Below, piece after piece: positions 8,673 through 17,805 of a stretch of 32,000 nt of DNA. How positions within the stretch are numbered: position 1 is the stretch's first letter; each line of letters starts with the position of its first letter. Origin of the DNA: Candidatus Calditenuaceae archaeon (GTDB taxonomy: Archaea > Thermoproteota > Nitrososphaeria_A > Caldarchaeales > Calditenuaceae). The position numbers and the translations under genes were made by a program. The DNA lies in NCBI GenBank assembly GCA_025058225.1, contig JANXEE010000011.1, positions 1 through 32,000 on the forward strand, read 5' to 3'. The notes below the pieces were generated by a model. It was not told the DNA's origin, did no database searches, and saw only the letters and a program-made list of their open reading frames with translations.

Positions 8673-9647
8673 ATGATGCTCCAAACACTAGTCGAGAAGT
8701 TCAGAGGTAACCCCATAATCTCACCGATAGAGGGTCACGGGTGGGAGAGTAAGCAGACCTTCAACCCCGGTTCGGTGGAAGTCGGGGGAGCTGTCCAGAT
8801 CCTCTATCGGGCGATAGGTAACGACGGCATCTCGAGGTTAGGTTTCGCGGTCAGCAGGGACGGACTGAACGTCTCCGATAGACTGCCCCATCCCGTGTTC
8901 GAGCATGAGGTCTCAACGGGAGGGCCGAGGGAACTCAGACCAACTCCCTCGGGAGGTTCCATCATCGGAGCGGAAGACCCCAGACTGGTCGCGATAGGCA
9001 ATGAGGTCTTCATGACTTACACGCTCTACGACGGATTCAACATAAGGGTCGCGATCACCTCCATAAGGGCCGACGACCTAGCCGGGAGGAGATGGAGGTG
9101 GAGGGACTCCCACGTCATCTCCCCACCACACGAGAAGCACAAGAACTGGGTTGTCTTCCCGAAAGAGTTCGACGGAAAGATAGCGATCCTTCATTCGCTC
9201 TCTCCGAGGATCCAGATCGCATACGTTGAGGAGCTCGAGGGACTCGTGATCAACAGCGAGTTCGACGGAGGTTACGCGATGGGGAGGCGCGGTCGATGGG
9301 ACGCGGTAGTAAGGGGAGCAGCAGCCCCACCGATCGAGACCAACGAGGGTTGGCTTCTCTTCTATCACGCCAGCCCCGCGAGGGAGATCAGCGGATACGG
9401 CTACATGCTCGGGGCCATGCTCCTCGACCACAGCTCACCGGATGTTCTGCTCTCGAGAACCGATTCACCGCTACTCGTCCCCTCAGAATGGTACGAGTTC
9501 GCAGGGTTCAAGCCGGGAGTCATCTACGTAACCGGTGCCGTCAGGAGGAGAGAGAGCGTTTTCCTGTATTACGGTGCAGCTGACAGTCACGTCGCCGTGG
9601 CCACCGTCGACTTGGAGGCGTTGCTCAGCAGTTTGTTGCACCGATGA
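8673..9647 (+). CDS. GH130-family (DUF377, PH1107-related) glycoside phosphorylase/hydrolase, single module
   Basis: NPIISP...WESKQTFNPG, LYRAIG...SRLGFAVSRDG, GAEDPRLV, KNWVVFP, PPIETNEGWLLFYH, LGAMLLD and LYYGAADSHVAVA match the five-bladed-propeller GH130 block pattern. Confidence 0.8.
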   Translation: MMLQTLVEKFRGNPIISPIEGHGWESKQTFNPGSVEVGGAVQILYRAIGNDGISRLGFAVSRDGLNVSDRLPHPVFEHEVSTGGPRELRPTPSGGSIIGAEDPRLVAIGNEVFMTYTLYDGFNIRVAITSIRADDLAGRRWRWRDSHVISPPHEKHKNWVVFPKEFDGKIAILHSLSPRIQIAYVEELEGLVINSEFDGGYAMGRRGRWDAVVRGAAAPPIETNEGWLLFYHASPAREISGYGYMLGAMLLDHSSPDVLLSRTDSPLLVPSEWYEFAGFKPGVIYVTGAVRRRESVFLYYGAADSHVAVATVDLEALLSSLLHR

Positions 9648-9687
9648 GGGTAATAACTGGCGAATTCTTCACCTCTCAGGTAGGACA

Positions 9688-11691
9688 ATGGTTATACCCA
9701 ATGCGAGGAGAGTCAGCGGGTCGGTGTTCAACGAACGGATCAGCCAGATGGCGCTGAGGGCCCTGCGGCCAAAGCCCACCCCGGCCTTCAAGAGATCCGA
9801 AGAGAACCCCATACTCCTACCGACAAGGGGGATCTCCTGGGAGAGCTACGCCGTCTTCAACCCCTCCGTCGTCAAGAGGGGGAACACCTACTACATGCTT
9901 TACCGAGCGATCTCCTCGTCTGAATACCTGGTAAGCAAAGGTACTACGATAAGCTCTATAGGCATCACGAAGAGCAATGACGGCATTCACTTCCACTCAC
10001 GGAGGCGGTTCATCTACCCGGAACACGACTGGGAGAGGTTCGGTTGCGAAGACCCTCGAGCGGTATATTTTGAGGGCAGATACTATATTTTCTACACGGC
10101 GATCTCGACACTTCCTCCGACCTCGGACGGGATAAGAGTGGGTGTTGCGGTAAGCAGGGACCTCAAACGAATTGAGGCGAAGTACCTGGTGACACCGTTC
10201 AACGCGAAAGCGATGGCCCTCTTTCCGAGACGAATAAACGGGAAGGTGACCGCTATCCTCACGGTTCACACGGATAAACCGCCCGCTCACATCGCGATTG
10301 CAGAGCTCTCGGATGACCCGTCAAGGTGGCTGAGTGACATGACCGAGTGGTACAGGAGTTACATGGACCACGTGATAAGGCCGGATCCACGCAGGTCGGA
10401 GCTCGACCACCTTGAGGTTGGCGCACCACCGGTCGAGCTTGAAGACGGCTGGCTTCTGATCTACAGTTACATTCAGAACTACTTCGGTGATCCCTCTTCA
10501 AGGGTATTCGGTGTGGAGGCACTTCTGCTTGACCTCGATGACCCGAGGAAGGTCCTGAAGAAGACGAGCTACCCCTTCATGACACCTGAGGAGGTTTACG
10601 AGATCTTCGGTAACGTGCCGAGGGTGGTCTTCCCCACGTCCGCGTTGAGAGAGAGGAACTTGGTGCGACTTTACTACGGTGCGGCCGATACTGTGTGTTG
10701 CACCGCAACCATACCACTGAGTACGCTCAGGGTTATGGTCGACGGTGGAGTATCGAAAGTCTTCAAGAGGGTTGAGCACAATCCCGTCATCAGACCGGAC
10801 GGCAGGTACTGGTGGCGGAGCTTTGCGACCTTCAACCCGGGCGCGATCGAATTAGAAGGTAAGATCTACATCTTCTTCAGGGCCCTCTCCGGGGACCTGA
10901 CCTCAAGATTAGGACTGGCGGTCACCGAGGACGGACTCCACATCGATGAACTGCTCGATGAACCGGTTTACGTTCCTAGGGCGTCCTTTGAGCTGAAGCG
11001 CGTACCCGGGCTGTCGGGCTGTGAGGACCCGCGGCTGGTGAGAATCAACGATCGCGTCTACATGTTCTACACTGCATTCGACGGTCTGAATCCCCCGAGA
11101 GTCGCGATGACGTACATCAGCGTGAACGACCTATTGCAGAGAGAGTGGACCTGGTCGGAACCTGTACTCGTCTCGCCTGAAGGTATTGACGACAAAAACG
11201 CTTGTGTGCTCCCCGCGAGCATCGACGGCAAATACTTCTTCATTCACAGGCTCGGAGGAATTCACGTGGTTTACGATTACGTGAAGTCTCCGGAGGAGAT
11301 AGACCCATCCGAGCTCATATCTCAGAAACTTCTCTCGGCAAGACCTGGCATGTGGGACGGAAAGAAGGTGGGAATGTCAGCACCACCCATCAGAATTTCT
11401 GAGGGATGGTTGATGTTCTATCACGGCGTCTCACACGATAAAGTTTACAGGATCGGTATGGCATTGTTGGACGAAAAGAGGCCGGAGCACGTATTAACGA
11501 GGACCGTCACACCGGTCTTCCAGCCCGAGGAGTGGTACGAAAGGGAGGGGTTCGTCAGGAACGTGGTCTTCCCGTGCGGAGCTGTTCTGCGGGACGACAC
11601 AGTCTACATCTACTACGGCGGGGCTGACAGTCACGTGTGCATCGCCTACGCGCATCTCGACGACCTACTCAGCGTGCTGTTCCCGAGGTGA
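9688..11691 (+). CDS. tandem GH130-GH130 fusion protein (two complete DUF377 modules)
   Basis: The GH130 block pattern occurs twice. Module 1 runs about 9790-10740 (NPILLP...FNPSVV...YRAIS...GCEDPRAV...GWLLIYSY...LYYGAADTV). Module 2 runs about 10780-11691 (NPVIRP...FNPGAI...FRALS...GCEDPRLV...GWLMFYHG...IYYGGADSHV). No signal peptide. Start set at the first ATG beyond the upstream gene (9688), while the ORF track extends to 9535. Confidence 0.8.
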   Translation: MVIPNARRVSGSVFNERISQMALRALRPKPTPAFKRSEENPILLPTRGISWESYAVFNPSVVKRGNTYYMLYRAISSSEYLVSKGTTISSIGITKSNDGIHFHSRRRFIYPEHDWERFGCEDPRAVYFEGRYYIFYTAISTLPPTSDGIRVGVAVSRDLKRIEAKYLVTPFNAKAMALFPRRINGKVTAILTVHTDKPPAHIAIAELSDDPSRWLSDMTEWYRSYMDHVIRPDPRRSELDHLEVGAPPVELEDGWLLIYSYIQNYFGDPSSRVFGVEALLLDLDDPRKVLKKTSYPFMTPEEVYEIFGNVPRVVFPTSALRERNLVRLYYGAADTVCCTATIPLSTLRVMVDGGVSKVFKRVEHNPVIRPDGRYWWRSFATFNPGAIELEGKIYIFFRALSGDLTSRLGLAVTEDGLHIDELLDEPVYVPRASFELKRVPGLSGCEDPRLVRINDRVYMFYTAFDGLNPPRVAMTYISVNDLLQREWTWSEPVLVSPEGIDDKNACVLPASIDGKYFFIHRLGGIHVVYDYVKSPEEIDPSELISQKLLSARPGMWDGKKVGMSAPPIRISEGWLMFYHGVSHDKVYRIGMALLDEKRPEHVLTRTVTPVFQPEEWYEREGFVRNVVFPCGAVLRDDTVYIYYGGADSHVCIAYAHLDDLLSVLFPR

Positions 11692-11762
11692 ACATCTCAG
11701 CCGCGGATTCTGCAAAAGGGCGCGTCGCTTTCGAGTGTACAATGAATTGTCAACCGCCAACA

Positions 11763-11771
11763 CTTAAAAGA
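11763..11771 (+). promoter_or_regulatory. TATA-like box (ACTTAAAAG)
   Basis: About 28 nt upstream of ATG 11795. Confidence 0.45.
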
Positions 11772-11794
11772 CGACCTCCCGGTGTGATGCAGGA

Positions 11795-13360
11795 ATGGCC
11801 GAATATGAGCAGAAGTACAAGGCGGGGCTCGAAAAGCCCGCGCTCAAACTGAGCGGTTTCTTCAGGGACGCCTTTTCGGAGGGTGAAGACGGGCTGCCTG
11901 TTTTCAGGATGTACATCGACGGGAAGTGGATCGAGAGCTCGGGTCGTGAGGTATTCCCCGTTGACACGCCTATTGACGACAGCGTCGTGGCCTACGCGCA
12001 GAAGGGGAACGACACGGATGTCAACCTGGCGGTGTCGGCCGCAAAGGCGGCCAGGCCGTCGATCCGGAACATAGCCGCGATAGACAGAATCGAGATGTTC
12101 CACGACTGTGCAGAGATCATCGAGCGATACAAGCAGGACTTCGTGGACGTGCTGACGATCGAGGGAGGCAAGACCAGAAGGGACGCGGAGGGCGAGGTCT
12201 CCGCGGTCGTGGAGAGGATGAGGATGACAATGGAGGACATCTCCAAGGTGAGCGGAGAGTACAGGCCCGGTGACTGGTCCGCCGACACGAGGGGCAAGAT
12301 CGCCATCGTCCTCCGAGAGCCCGTCGGAACCGTGGGGGCGATAGGGCCCTTCAACTACCCCTTGTTCATACCCTCCGCCAAGGTGATCCCGGCGATCCTC
12401 TCGGCGAACACGGTAGTCGTCAAACCATCGAGCGATGCACCACTAAGTCAGCTGCTGCTCGCGAGGGCCATGGATGAGGCCGGTTTCCCGCGCGGGGTGT
12501 TGAACGTCGTCACCGGCCCCGGAAGCATAGGTGCGAGGATCGCGGAGCACGAGGACGTGGGGATGATATCCTTCACGGGGAGCACGGACGTCGGCAAGGA
12601 GGTAGCCAGACGTGCGGCGGGAAAGAGCCTTCACCTCGAGCTGGGGGGAAAAGCATACGCGATAGTGCTCGAGGACGCCGATATCGCGCTGGCGGCCGGC
12701 AAGTGCGTGATCGGGTCGCTTAGGAACGCCGGGCAGAGGTGCGATGCGGTGAGCGCGATACTGGTCGTGGAGAGCGTCGCCGACAGGTTCGTGGAGGAGG
12801 TCCTGAAGGCGATGGACAGAATCAGGTTCGGAGACCCCAGAGTTGAGGGCATCGACGTCGGGCCCCTCATCAACAGGTCAGCGGCTGAGCGCGTCAACAG
12901 CCTCGTGAGGGATGCGGTCGAAAAGGGCGCGGTCTTGCTCAGGGGAGGTAGGTATGAAGGGTGCTATCACGAGCCGACGGTACTCGACCACGTCCCTCGG
13001 GACGCCAGAATACTCTGGGAGGAGACCTTCGGGCCAGTGGTGACGATAGCGCGCGTCAAGGACGAGGACGAGGCACTCGCCATCACGTCCCGAAGCAAGT
13101 ACGGTCTTGACTCCTGCGTCTTCACCAACAACTTCTACAGGATGTGGAGGATAGCCAAGGCGATCCAGGCCGGCTCGGTCACCGTTAATGACTTCCCGCG
13201 ACACGGAGTGGGGTTCTTCCCCTTCGGGGGAGTGAAGGACTCAGGTCTTGGAAGGGAAGGCATCGGTTATTCAATAGAGGAGATGATGGTCCTGAAGACG
13301 GTGGTGTTCAACCTGGAGCCCGCGAGACTCGGTAAGTCAGAGAGGCCGAGGAGGCGCTGA
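11795..13360 (+). CDS. gapN: non-phosphorylating glyceraldehyde-3-phosphate dehydrogenase / aldehyde dehydrogenase (GapN type)
   Basis: FNYPLF...VVVKPS, ELGGKA.AIVLEDAD, AGQRCDA and NDFPRHGVGFFPFGGVKDSGLGREGIGYSIEEM...KTVVFN closely parallel Thermoproteus tenax GAPN as I remember it. Substrate specificity is inferred. Confidence 0.8.
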   Translation: MAEYEQKYKAGLEKPALKLSGFFRDAFSEGEDGLPVFRMYIDGKWIESSGREVFPVDTPIDDSVVAYAQKGNDTDVNLAVSAAKAARPSIRNIAAIDRIEMFHDCAEIIERYKQDFVDVLTIEGGKTRRDAEGEVSAVVERMRMTMEDISKVSGEYRPGDWSADTRGKIAIVLREPVGTVGAIGPFNYPLFIPSAKVIPAILSANTVVVKPSSDAPLSQLLLARAMDEAGFPRGVLNVVTGPGSIGARIAEHEDVGMISFTGSTDVGKEVARRAAGKSLHLELGGKAYAIVLEDADIALAAGKCVIGSLRNAGQRCDAVSAILVVESVADRFVEEVLKAMDRIRFGDPRVEGIDVGPLINRSAAERVNSLVRDAVEKGAVLLRGGRYEGCYHEPTVLDHVPRDARILWEETFGPVVTIARVKDEDEALAITSRSKYGLDSCVFTNNFYRMWRIAKAIQAGSVTVNDFPRHGVGFFPFGGVKDSGLGREGIGYSIEEMMVLKTVVFNLEPARLGKSERPRRR

Positions 13361-13378
13361 TCAACGGATGCCCTGACT

Positions 13379-14314
13379 TCACGACTCAAGCAACTTTTCA
13401 ACCACTGTAGACTTGGGCATCGGCATTAGGTCGCTGAGTTCTTGACCCATCCCGACGAAGATTATCGGTTTTCTGATCGCGTAGCACACGGAGATCGCGG
13501 TTCCTCCCTTGACGTCGCTGTCCAGTTTCGTGAGCACGACGTAGTCAACACCGACGTAGGAATCGAACTGTCTGGCCTGCTCGACGGCAACGTTCCCCGC
13601 AAGCGCGTCGACGACGTAAATGACCCTCTTCGGCTGGGCGACCCTCCTGATCTTCCTCATCTCCTCGAGGAGGTTCCTGTTGAGTTCGGTCCTGCCGGCA
13701 GTGTCGATCAGCACAGCGGGTAAGCCGTGGGCCCTTGCACTGACGATTGAGTCCATCGCGACCGCTGCAGGGTCTGCACCGTAACGGTGACTGACGCACC
13801 TCACACCGACTCTCTCAGCGAGAAGCTTCATCTGCTCTATCGCTGCGGCCCTGAAGGTATCTGCACAGGCGATCACCGATTGGACGGAATTGGACTTGAG
13901 GAAGTAGGCGATCTTCGCGACCGTCGTGGTCTTTCCGCCGCCGTTGGGACCGACGAACAGTATGGGGAAGGGCTCTCCGGTGGACGCGAAGTGGGCCTTC
14001 ACCTCCTCCACCAACAGGTTTGGATCTGAGTCCAGGAGCACCCCCTCAAGTACCTCTCTGAGAGCCGAGACCACCGCAACCCTCTTGTCCGAGAACCTTG
14101 AAGCCCTCCTGCCGATCAGGTCCCTCTTCAGCGCGCTGACTATCGATTCCGCCGCCTCCAGGGAGACCTCGTTGGCTACCAGCTGAACCCTCAGGTCCTC
14201 AAGCACGTCTTCGACCTTGGACTCCGTCAGCTCCTCGGTCGTCAGCCTCTCGACAGCGCTCCTGAGGGCCCTTCTAAGTCCCTCCAGCACCACCTGACCC
14301 CTCTCGGGCCGCAC
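13379..14314 (-). CDS. ftsY: signal recognition particle receptor FtsY
   Basis: SRP-GTPase motifs GPNGGGKTTT, DTAGR and TKLD, plus an N-terminal helical domain. The start is a GTG, at 14314, 14293 or 14290. Confidence 0.9.
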   Translation of the reverse strand: MRPERGQVVLEGLRRALRSAVERLTTEELTESKVEDVLEDLRVQLVANEVSLEAAESIVSALKRDLIGRRASRFSDKRVAVVSALREVLEGVLLDSDPNLLVEEVKAHFASTGEPFPILFVGPNGGGKTTTVAKIAYFLKSNSVQSVIACADTFRAAAIEQMKLLAERVGVRCVSHRYGADPAAVAMDSIVSARAHGLPAVLIDTAGRTELNRNLLEEMRKIRRVAQPKRVIYVVDALAGNVAVEQARQFDSYVGVDYVVLTKLDSDVKGGTAISVCYAIRKPIIFVGMGQELSDLMPMPKSTVVEKLLES

Positions 14315-14774
14315 CCCTCGACGCGATGGCCTGTTGCACCGAGAGCAGGAACCTCCTGAGGAGCTCAGCCCTCTCGGTGTAGGAGCTCAGCAGCTGGGCG
14401 AGCTGGCCCCTGTTCCTCTCGAGCAGGGACTTCCTCTCGCTGATTATTTGCCTGCACCTCTCTACGGGCGCGTCGAGCACGACGTTCTGCCCGATGCCCA
14501 CTTTCAACCTCCCCTTGAAACCGATCTCGGTCTCGAGGAGGCTGCCGCCGCCGATCGAGAGGAGAACCTTGTGCTCGCCGGGGTTGCTGGTCAGGAAGTC
14601 GATCAGCTGAAGGGCCCTCTCATGGTCGAGTATGGAGGCACTGAGCGCCGTTACCCTCGCCTGCAGATCCGGTATCACCTGTTCGAGCACCGCTAGCTCG
14701 TCCAGCGCCCTCTGAACGTCCTCCTGTGTCACCTTAACCGACAAGCTCCTCCACCAACCTCCTCTCAGCTCCAA
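14274..14774 (-). CDS. pfdA: prefoldin alpha subunit
   Basis: Coiled-coil, double beta-hairpin (VLLSIGGGSLLETEI...LKVGIGQNVVLDAPVE), coiled-coil layout. The conserved archaeal pfdA-ftsY adjacency is present. The start is non-ATG and uncertain. Confidence 0.8.
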   Translation of the reverse strand: MELRGGWWRSLSVKVTQEDVQRALDELAVLEQVIPDLQARVTALSASILDHERALQLIDFLTSNPGEHKVLLSIGGGSLLETEIGFKGRLKVGIGQNVVLDAPVERCRQIISERKSLLERNRGQLAQLLSSYTERAELLRRFLLSVQQAIASRGAAREGSGGAGGT

Positions 14775-14854
14775 CCCCCTTGCTTTAAGATTAATGCCTC
14801 ACGAGGCCACGAGCCCAAAGGTGCCGCCGAATTTCGGTTAAAATAGGGGAGGAG

Positions 14855-16312
14855 GTGATGGAGTGCGGTGTTCGGCATATTGTGCTACGTGTCTACAACA
14901 GCCTGACCCGGAAAATCGAAGAGTTCGCACCTCTGAGGGGTAACAGGGTCAAGATGTACGTCTGCGGACCGACCGTTTACGACTACGCCCACATCGGCCA
15001 TGCGAGGACCTACGTCTCGTACGACGTGATGGCGAGATACCTGAGGAACGCCGGTTACTCGCTCTTCTACCTGATGAACATCACCGATGTCGACGACAAG
15101 ATCATCCAGAGGGCCGCTGAACGGGGAGTTCACCCGCTGGAGCTGGCGAAGGAGTTCGAGCGTTACTTCATGGAGGACTTGAGGGATCTGAGGATAGAGA
15201 GCGTCAACCTCTTCGCCCGGGCGTCCGAACACATCGACGAGATCATAGACCTGATCAAGGGTTTGCTGGAGAAGGGTTTCGCCTACGAGACGAGTACCGG
15301 TGTGTACTTCGACACGGAGGCGTTCGGGCCCTACGGCGAGCTCTCCGGCAGGGAGCCAGAGGAACTGAGCGTGCACCGGATAGAGCCCGATCCGACGAAG
15401 AGGAGACCCCAGGACTTCGCGCTGTGGAAGCTGAGACCTGAGACGGAGCTCGGGTGGGACTCGCCGTGGGGATACGGAAGGCCGGGCTGGCACATCGAGG
15501 ACACCGCCATCATAATGACCTACTTCGGTCCACAGCTGGACGTCCACGGAGGAGCGATAGAGCTGATTTTCCCGCATCACGAGGCCGAGCGAGCACAGGC
15601 TGAGGCCGCGTCAGGGGTCGCTCCCTTCTCGAGGTACTGGATACACACAGGCCTCCTCACGGTTGAGGGAGAGAAGATGTCCAAATCGCTCGGGAACATC
15701 ATATCGATAAGGGAGGTGCTCAGGAGGTACTCCGCTGAGGAGCTGAGGTACTTCTATGCCTCCTCTCATTACAGGAGCCCCGTAGAGTTCAGCTGGGAGA
15801 ACCTCGAGGCCGCGTCGAGGGCGCTAGATGGCATCGAATCAGTTGCACAGGAGTTCAGGAGCAGGGATGTCAGCAGCGAGGAGCTCGACGACAGGGGAAG
15901 GGGGCTACTCGAGCACCTCAGGACAGGGAAATCGAGGTTCATCTCGGCGCTGGAGGACGACTTCAACACGCCCTTGGCGCTCTCGGTGCTTCACGACTCC
16001 TTGAGGTTCACGGCCCGATACCTCGAGACCAATGACAGCGTCCCGGAGGAGGCGAGGGCTGAGGGCGAGGCGTTCTTCGCGCTCGTGAACTCGGTGCTGG
16101 GAGTGTTCTCCGGTGGACTCGAACCCAGTAGCCAGCTGCTGGACGAGGTGCTCTCACTGATCCTGAACGTCAGGGAGAGGCTCAGGTCCGAGAAGAGGTA
16201 CGAGTTGGCCGACGCGATCCGCTCCGCCCTGGACTCTCTCGGCATCAGGGTCGAGGACACGGCGGGTGGGGCCCGCTGGAGGTCAGCCAGCAGACGCGTA
16301 GTACGCCGGTAA
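14855..16312 (+). CDS. cysS: cysteinyl-tRNA synthetase
   Basis: Class I motifs HIGHARTY (HIGH) and KMSKSLGN (KMSKS), plus CGPTVYD and WHIED zinc-site blocks. The exact start is uncertain (GTG 14855, ATG 14858 or GTG 14882). Confidence 0.9.
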   Translation: MMECGVRHIVLRVYNSLTRKIEEFAPLRGNRVKMYVCGPTVYDYAHIGHARTYVSYDVMARYLRNAGYSLFYLMNITDVDDKIIQRAAERGVHPLELAKEFERYFMEDLRDLRIESVNLFARASEHIDEIIDLIKGLLEKGFAYETSTGVYFDTEAFGPYGELSGREPEELSVHRIEPDPTKRRPQDFALWKLRPETELGWDSPWGYGRPGWHIEDTAIIMTYFGPQLDVHGGAIELIFPHHEAERAQAEAASGVAPFSRYWIHTGLLTVEGEKMSKSLGNIISIREVLRRYSAEELRYFYASSHYRSPVEFSWENLEAASRALDGIESVAQEFRSRDVSSEELDDRGRGLLEHLRTGKSRFISALEDDFNTPLALSVLHDSLRFTARYLETNDSVPEEARAEGEAFFALVNSVLGVFSGGLEPSSQLLDEVLSLILNVRERLRSEKRYELADAIRSALDSLGIRVEDTAGGARWRSASRRVVRR

Positions 16313-16376
16313 AACCGAAAGACGTTGAGAAGAAACATTTAATATTAAGTAATGCTTATCTTTTGATGATGGTCGA

Positions 16377-16390
16377 GATTAAAAATTTAG
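16377..16390 (+). promoter_or_regulatory. TATA-like box (GATTAAAAATTTAG)
   Basis: About 27 nt upstream of ATG 16410. Confidence 0.5.
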
Positions 16391-16409
16391 CGCGGGGTGG
16401 GAATAAAGG

Positions 16410-17354
16410 ATGAGCGGTCGGGTGAGGGCCTGGAGAGAGGACCTGATGTGCCCCGAGTGCGGGAGCATGAGGCTCGTCTCCGATCCCATGACGGGGGAGG
16501 TGAGCTGTCAGGACTGCGGGGCCGTCGTGGTCGAGAAGGGCGTCAACAGGGGCCCCGAGTGGAGGGGCGCGGAGGAGGGAGAGGAGAGCAGGGCGAGGGC
16601 GGGAGCTCCGCTCTCGATCATGTACAAGGACTTCGGGCTCTCGACGGTCATCGACAAGACCAGCGAGGACGCGGGAGGGAGGAGGCTCCCGAAGGAGGTG
16701 AGGGAGAAGATGCTGAGGCTGAAGAAGCTGGACCAGACGTCACAGGTGAATGCCTCGGAGACGAGGAACCTCCAGCAGGCCGCGAACATCCTCGGGATCT
16801 ACATGGACAAGCTGAACCTTCCGCAGGCGGTCGCGGAGCAGGCGATGCTGATCTACAGGAAGGCCCTGAAGGCCGGGCTGGTCAGGGGCAGGTCTATCAG
16901 GAGCATCATGGCGGCTGCGGTCTACGCGGCTTGCAGGCTCAACGGCATACCTAGAGACCTCAGGGAGTTCGAGAAGGCCTATCCGCTGGTGAAGAGGAAG
17001 ACGATCGCGCAGGGCTATAGGCTGATGCTGAAGCACCTGAACATCAGGGTCCCCGTAACAGATCCCACGATCTACGTCTCCAAGATCGCAGCAAGGGTCA
17101 ACGTCGACGAGAGAACCGTTCAGGAGGCGGTGAGGATACTCCTGGAGGCCGCGAAGAGGGGTGCGACCATCGGGAAGGACCCGGTCGGAATAGCCGCGGC
17201 GGCCCTCTACATGGCCTGCCAGGAGACGATGCAGAACGTAACGCAGAAGGACATCGCAAGGGCTGCGGGTGTGACCGAGGTCACGGTGAGGAACCGGTTC
17301 AAGGGCCTGAAAGAGGTGCTCGAGGGACCGGCCAAGGCGGAGGTTCAGCCGTAA
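16410..17354 (+). CDS. tfb: transcription initiation factor IIB
   Basis: N-terminal Zn ribbon CPECGS...CQDCG followed by two cyclin-fold repeats, and a typical length of 314 aa. Confidence 0.9.
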   Translation: MSGRVRAWREDLMCPECGSMRLVSDPMTGEVSCQDCGAVVVEKGVNRGPEWRGAEEGEESRARAGAPLSIMYKDFGLSTVIDKTSEDAGGRRLPKEVREKMLRLKKLDQTSQVNASETRNLQQAANILGIYMDKLNLPQAVAEQAMLIYRKALKAGLVRGRSIRSIMAAAVYAACRLNGIPRDLREFEKAYPLVKRKTIAQGYRLMLKHLNIRVPVTDPTIYVSKIAARVNVDERTVQEAVRILLEAAKRGATIGKDPVGIAAAALYMACQETMQNVTQKDIARAAGVTEVTVRNRFKGLKEVLEGPAKAEVQP

Positions 17355-17460
17355 TTCTCGCCGAGATATTCTGCGGGCAACCCGGCACGATAACGTTGCA
17401 CTTACAGAGGCCACGAACTGCGGAACTCATGTAATGGAAACTTTTGAATCCTCGTTCTCA

Positions 17461-17805
17461 CATAAGCCAACGCGCCGTGCAACCAGGCCGCCCCCCCTCA
17501 GAGCTTTCCCGTAGAAGAGGACAGTCCTGCAATGGAGCCGCTTAGGAGTATTTAACAACGCCCGCACTTCTGCGACGTTCTCCTGACGAGCGCGACCATC
17601 ACCGCTTTCACAGTTCAGCAGCAAGACCGACCGTGATGTAAGGTATAACCGGCTTCTCAGACCAGAGAAGCGCGGTGGAACACGCTCCACCAACCGTGAT
17701 ACTTAACACGGTGGCCCGAACGTTTCGAAACATCCTCCCGGGCGGACCGACTGAGGTATTACCAGCTGGAAGTGGTGCAGGACTTCATCGGTGAATCGCC
17801 CTCAG
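17461..17805. ncRNA. candidate structured ncRNA, identity and strand unresolved (weak RNase-P-RNA-like motif order on the minus strand)
   Basis: The 490-bp gap has no protein-like ORF. Five consecutive stem-loops were read by eye: 17649-17675, 17674-17691, 17694-17711, 17714-17743 and 17751-17805. On the minus strand, GAUGAAGUCC (17780-17789), GUGAAAGCGGUG (17600-17611) and GGCUUAUG (17461-17468) occur in the CR-I, CR-II, CR-V order of RNase P RNA. The universal ACAGAA is absent and there is little room for P1-P3. Confidence 0.3.

Noticed and set aside
9535-9687. 5' extension of the tandem GH130 ORF overlapping the preceding gene by 113 nt
   Set aside because: The extension lies inside the conserved C-terminus of the upstream GH130 gene and encodes Cys/Trp/Thr-rich non-GH130 sequence. 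The first ATG after the upstream stop (9688) is the more plausible start.
14885-15580. 231-aa minus-strand ORF
   Set aside because: It is antisense to cysS, whose HIGH and KMSKS motifs are unambiguous. The same reasoning rejects 4666-5292 (antisense to padR and the ABC ATPase), 16740-17414 (antisense to tfb), 30817-31638 (antisense to the ABC ATPase), 938-1525 and 994-1467.
16364-16369. TGATGA (C-box-like) in the cysS-tfb spacer as a possible C/D box sRNA
   Set aside because: No CTGA D box or C'/D' pair occurs at the appropriate distance. The region is better explained as terminator and promoter DNA.
16397-16954. 185-aa plus-strand ORF rich in G/R/E repeats
   Set aside because: It is an alternative frame of tfb with low-complexity composition. 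The tfb frame carries the Zn ribbon and cyclin repeats.
17427-17693. 88-aa minus-strand ORF in the large gap
   Set aside because: It is Arg/Leu/Gly-rich with no motif, and it coincides with dense hairpin structure. It is more likely non-coding.
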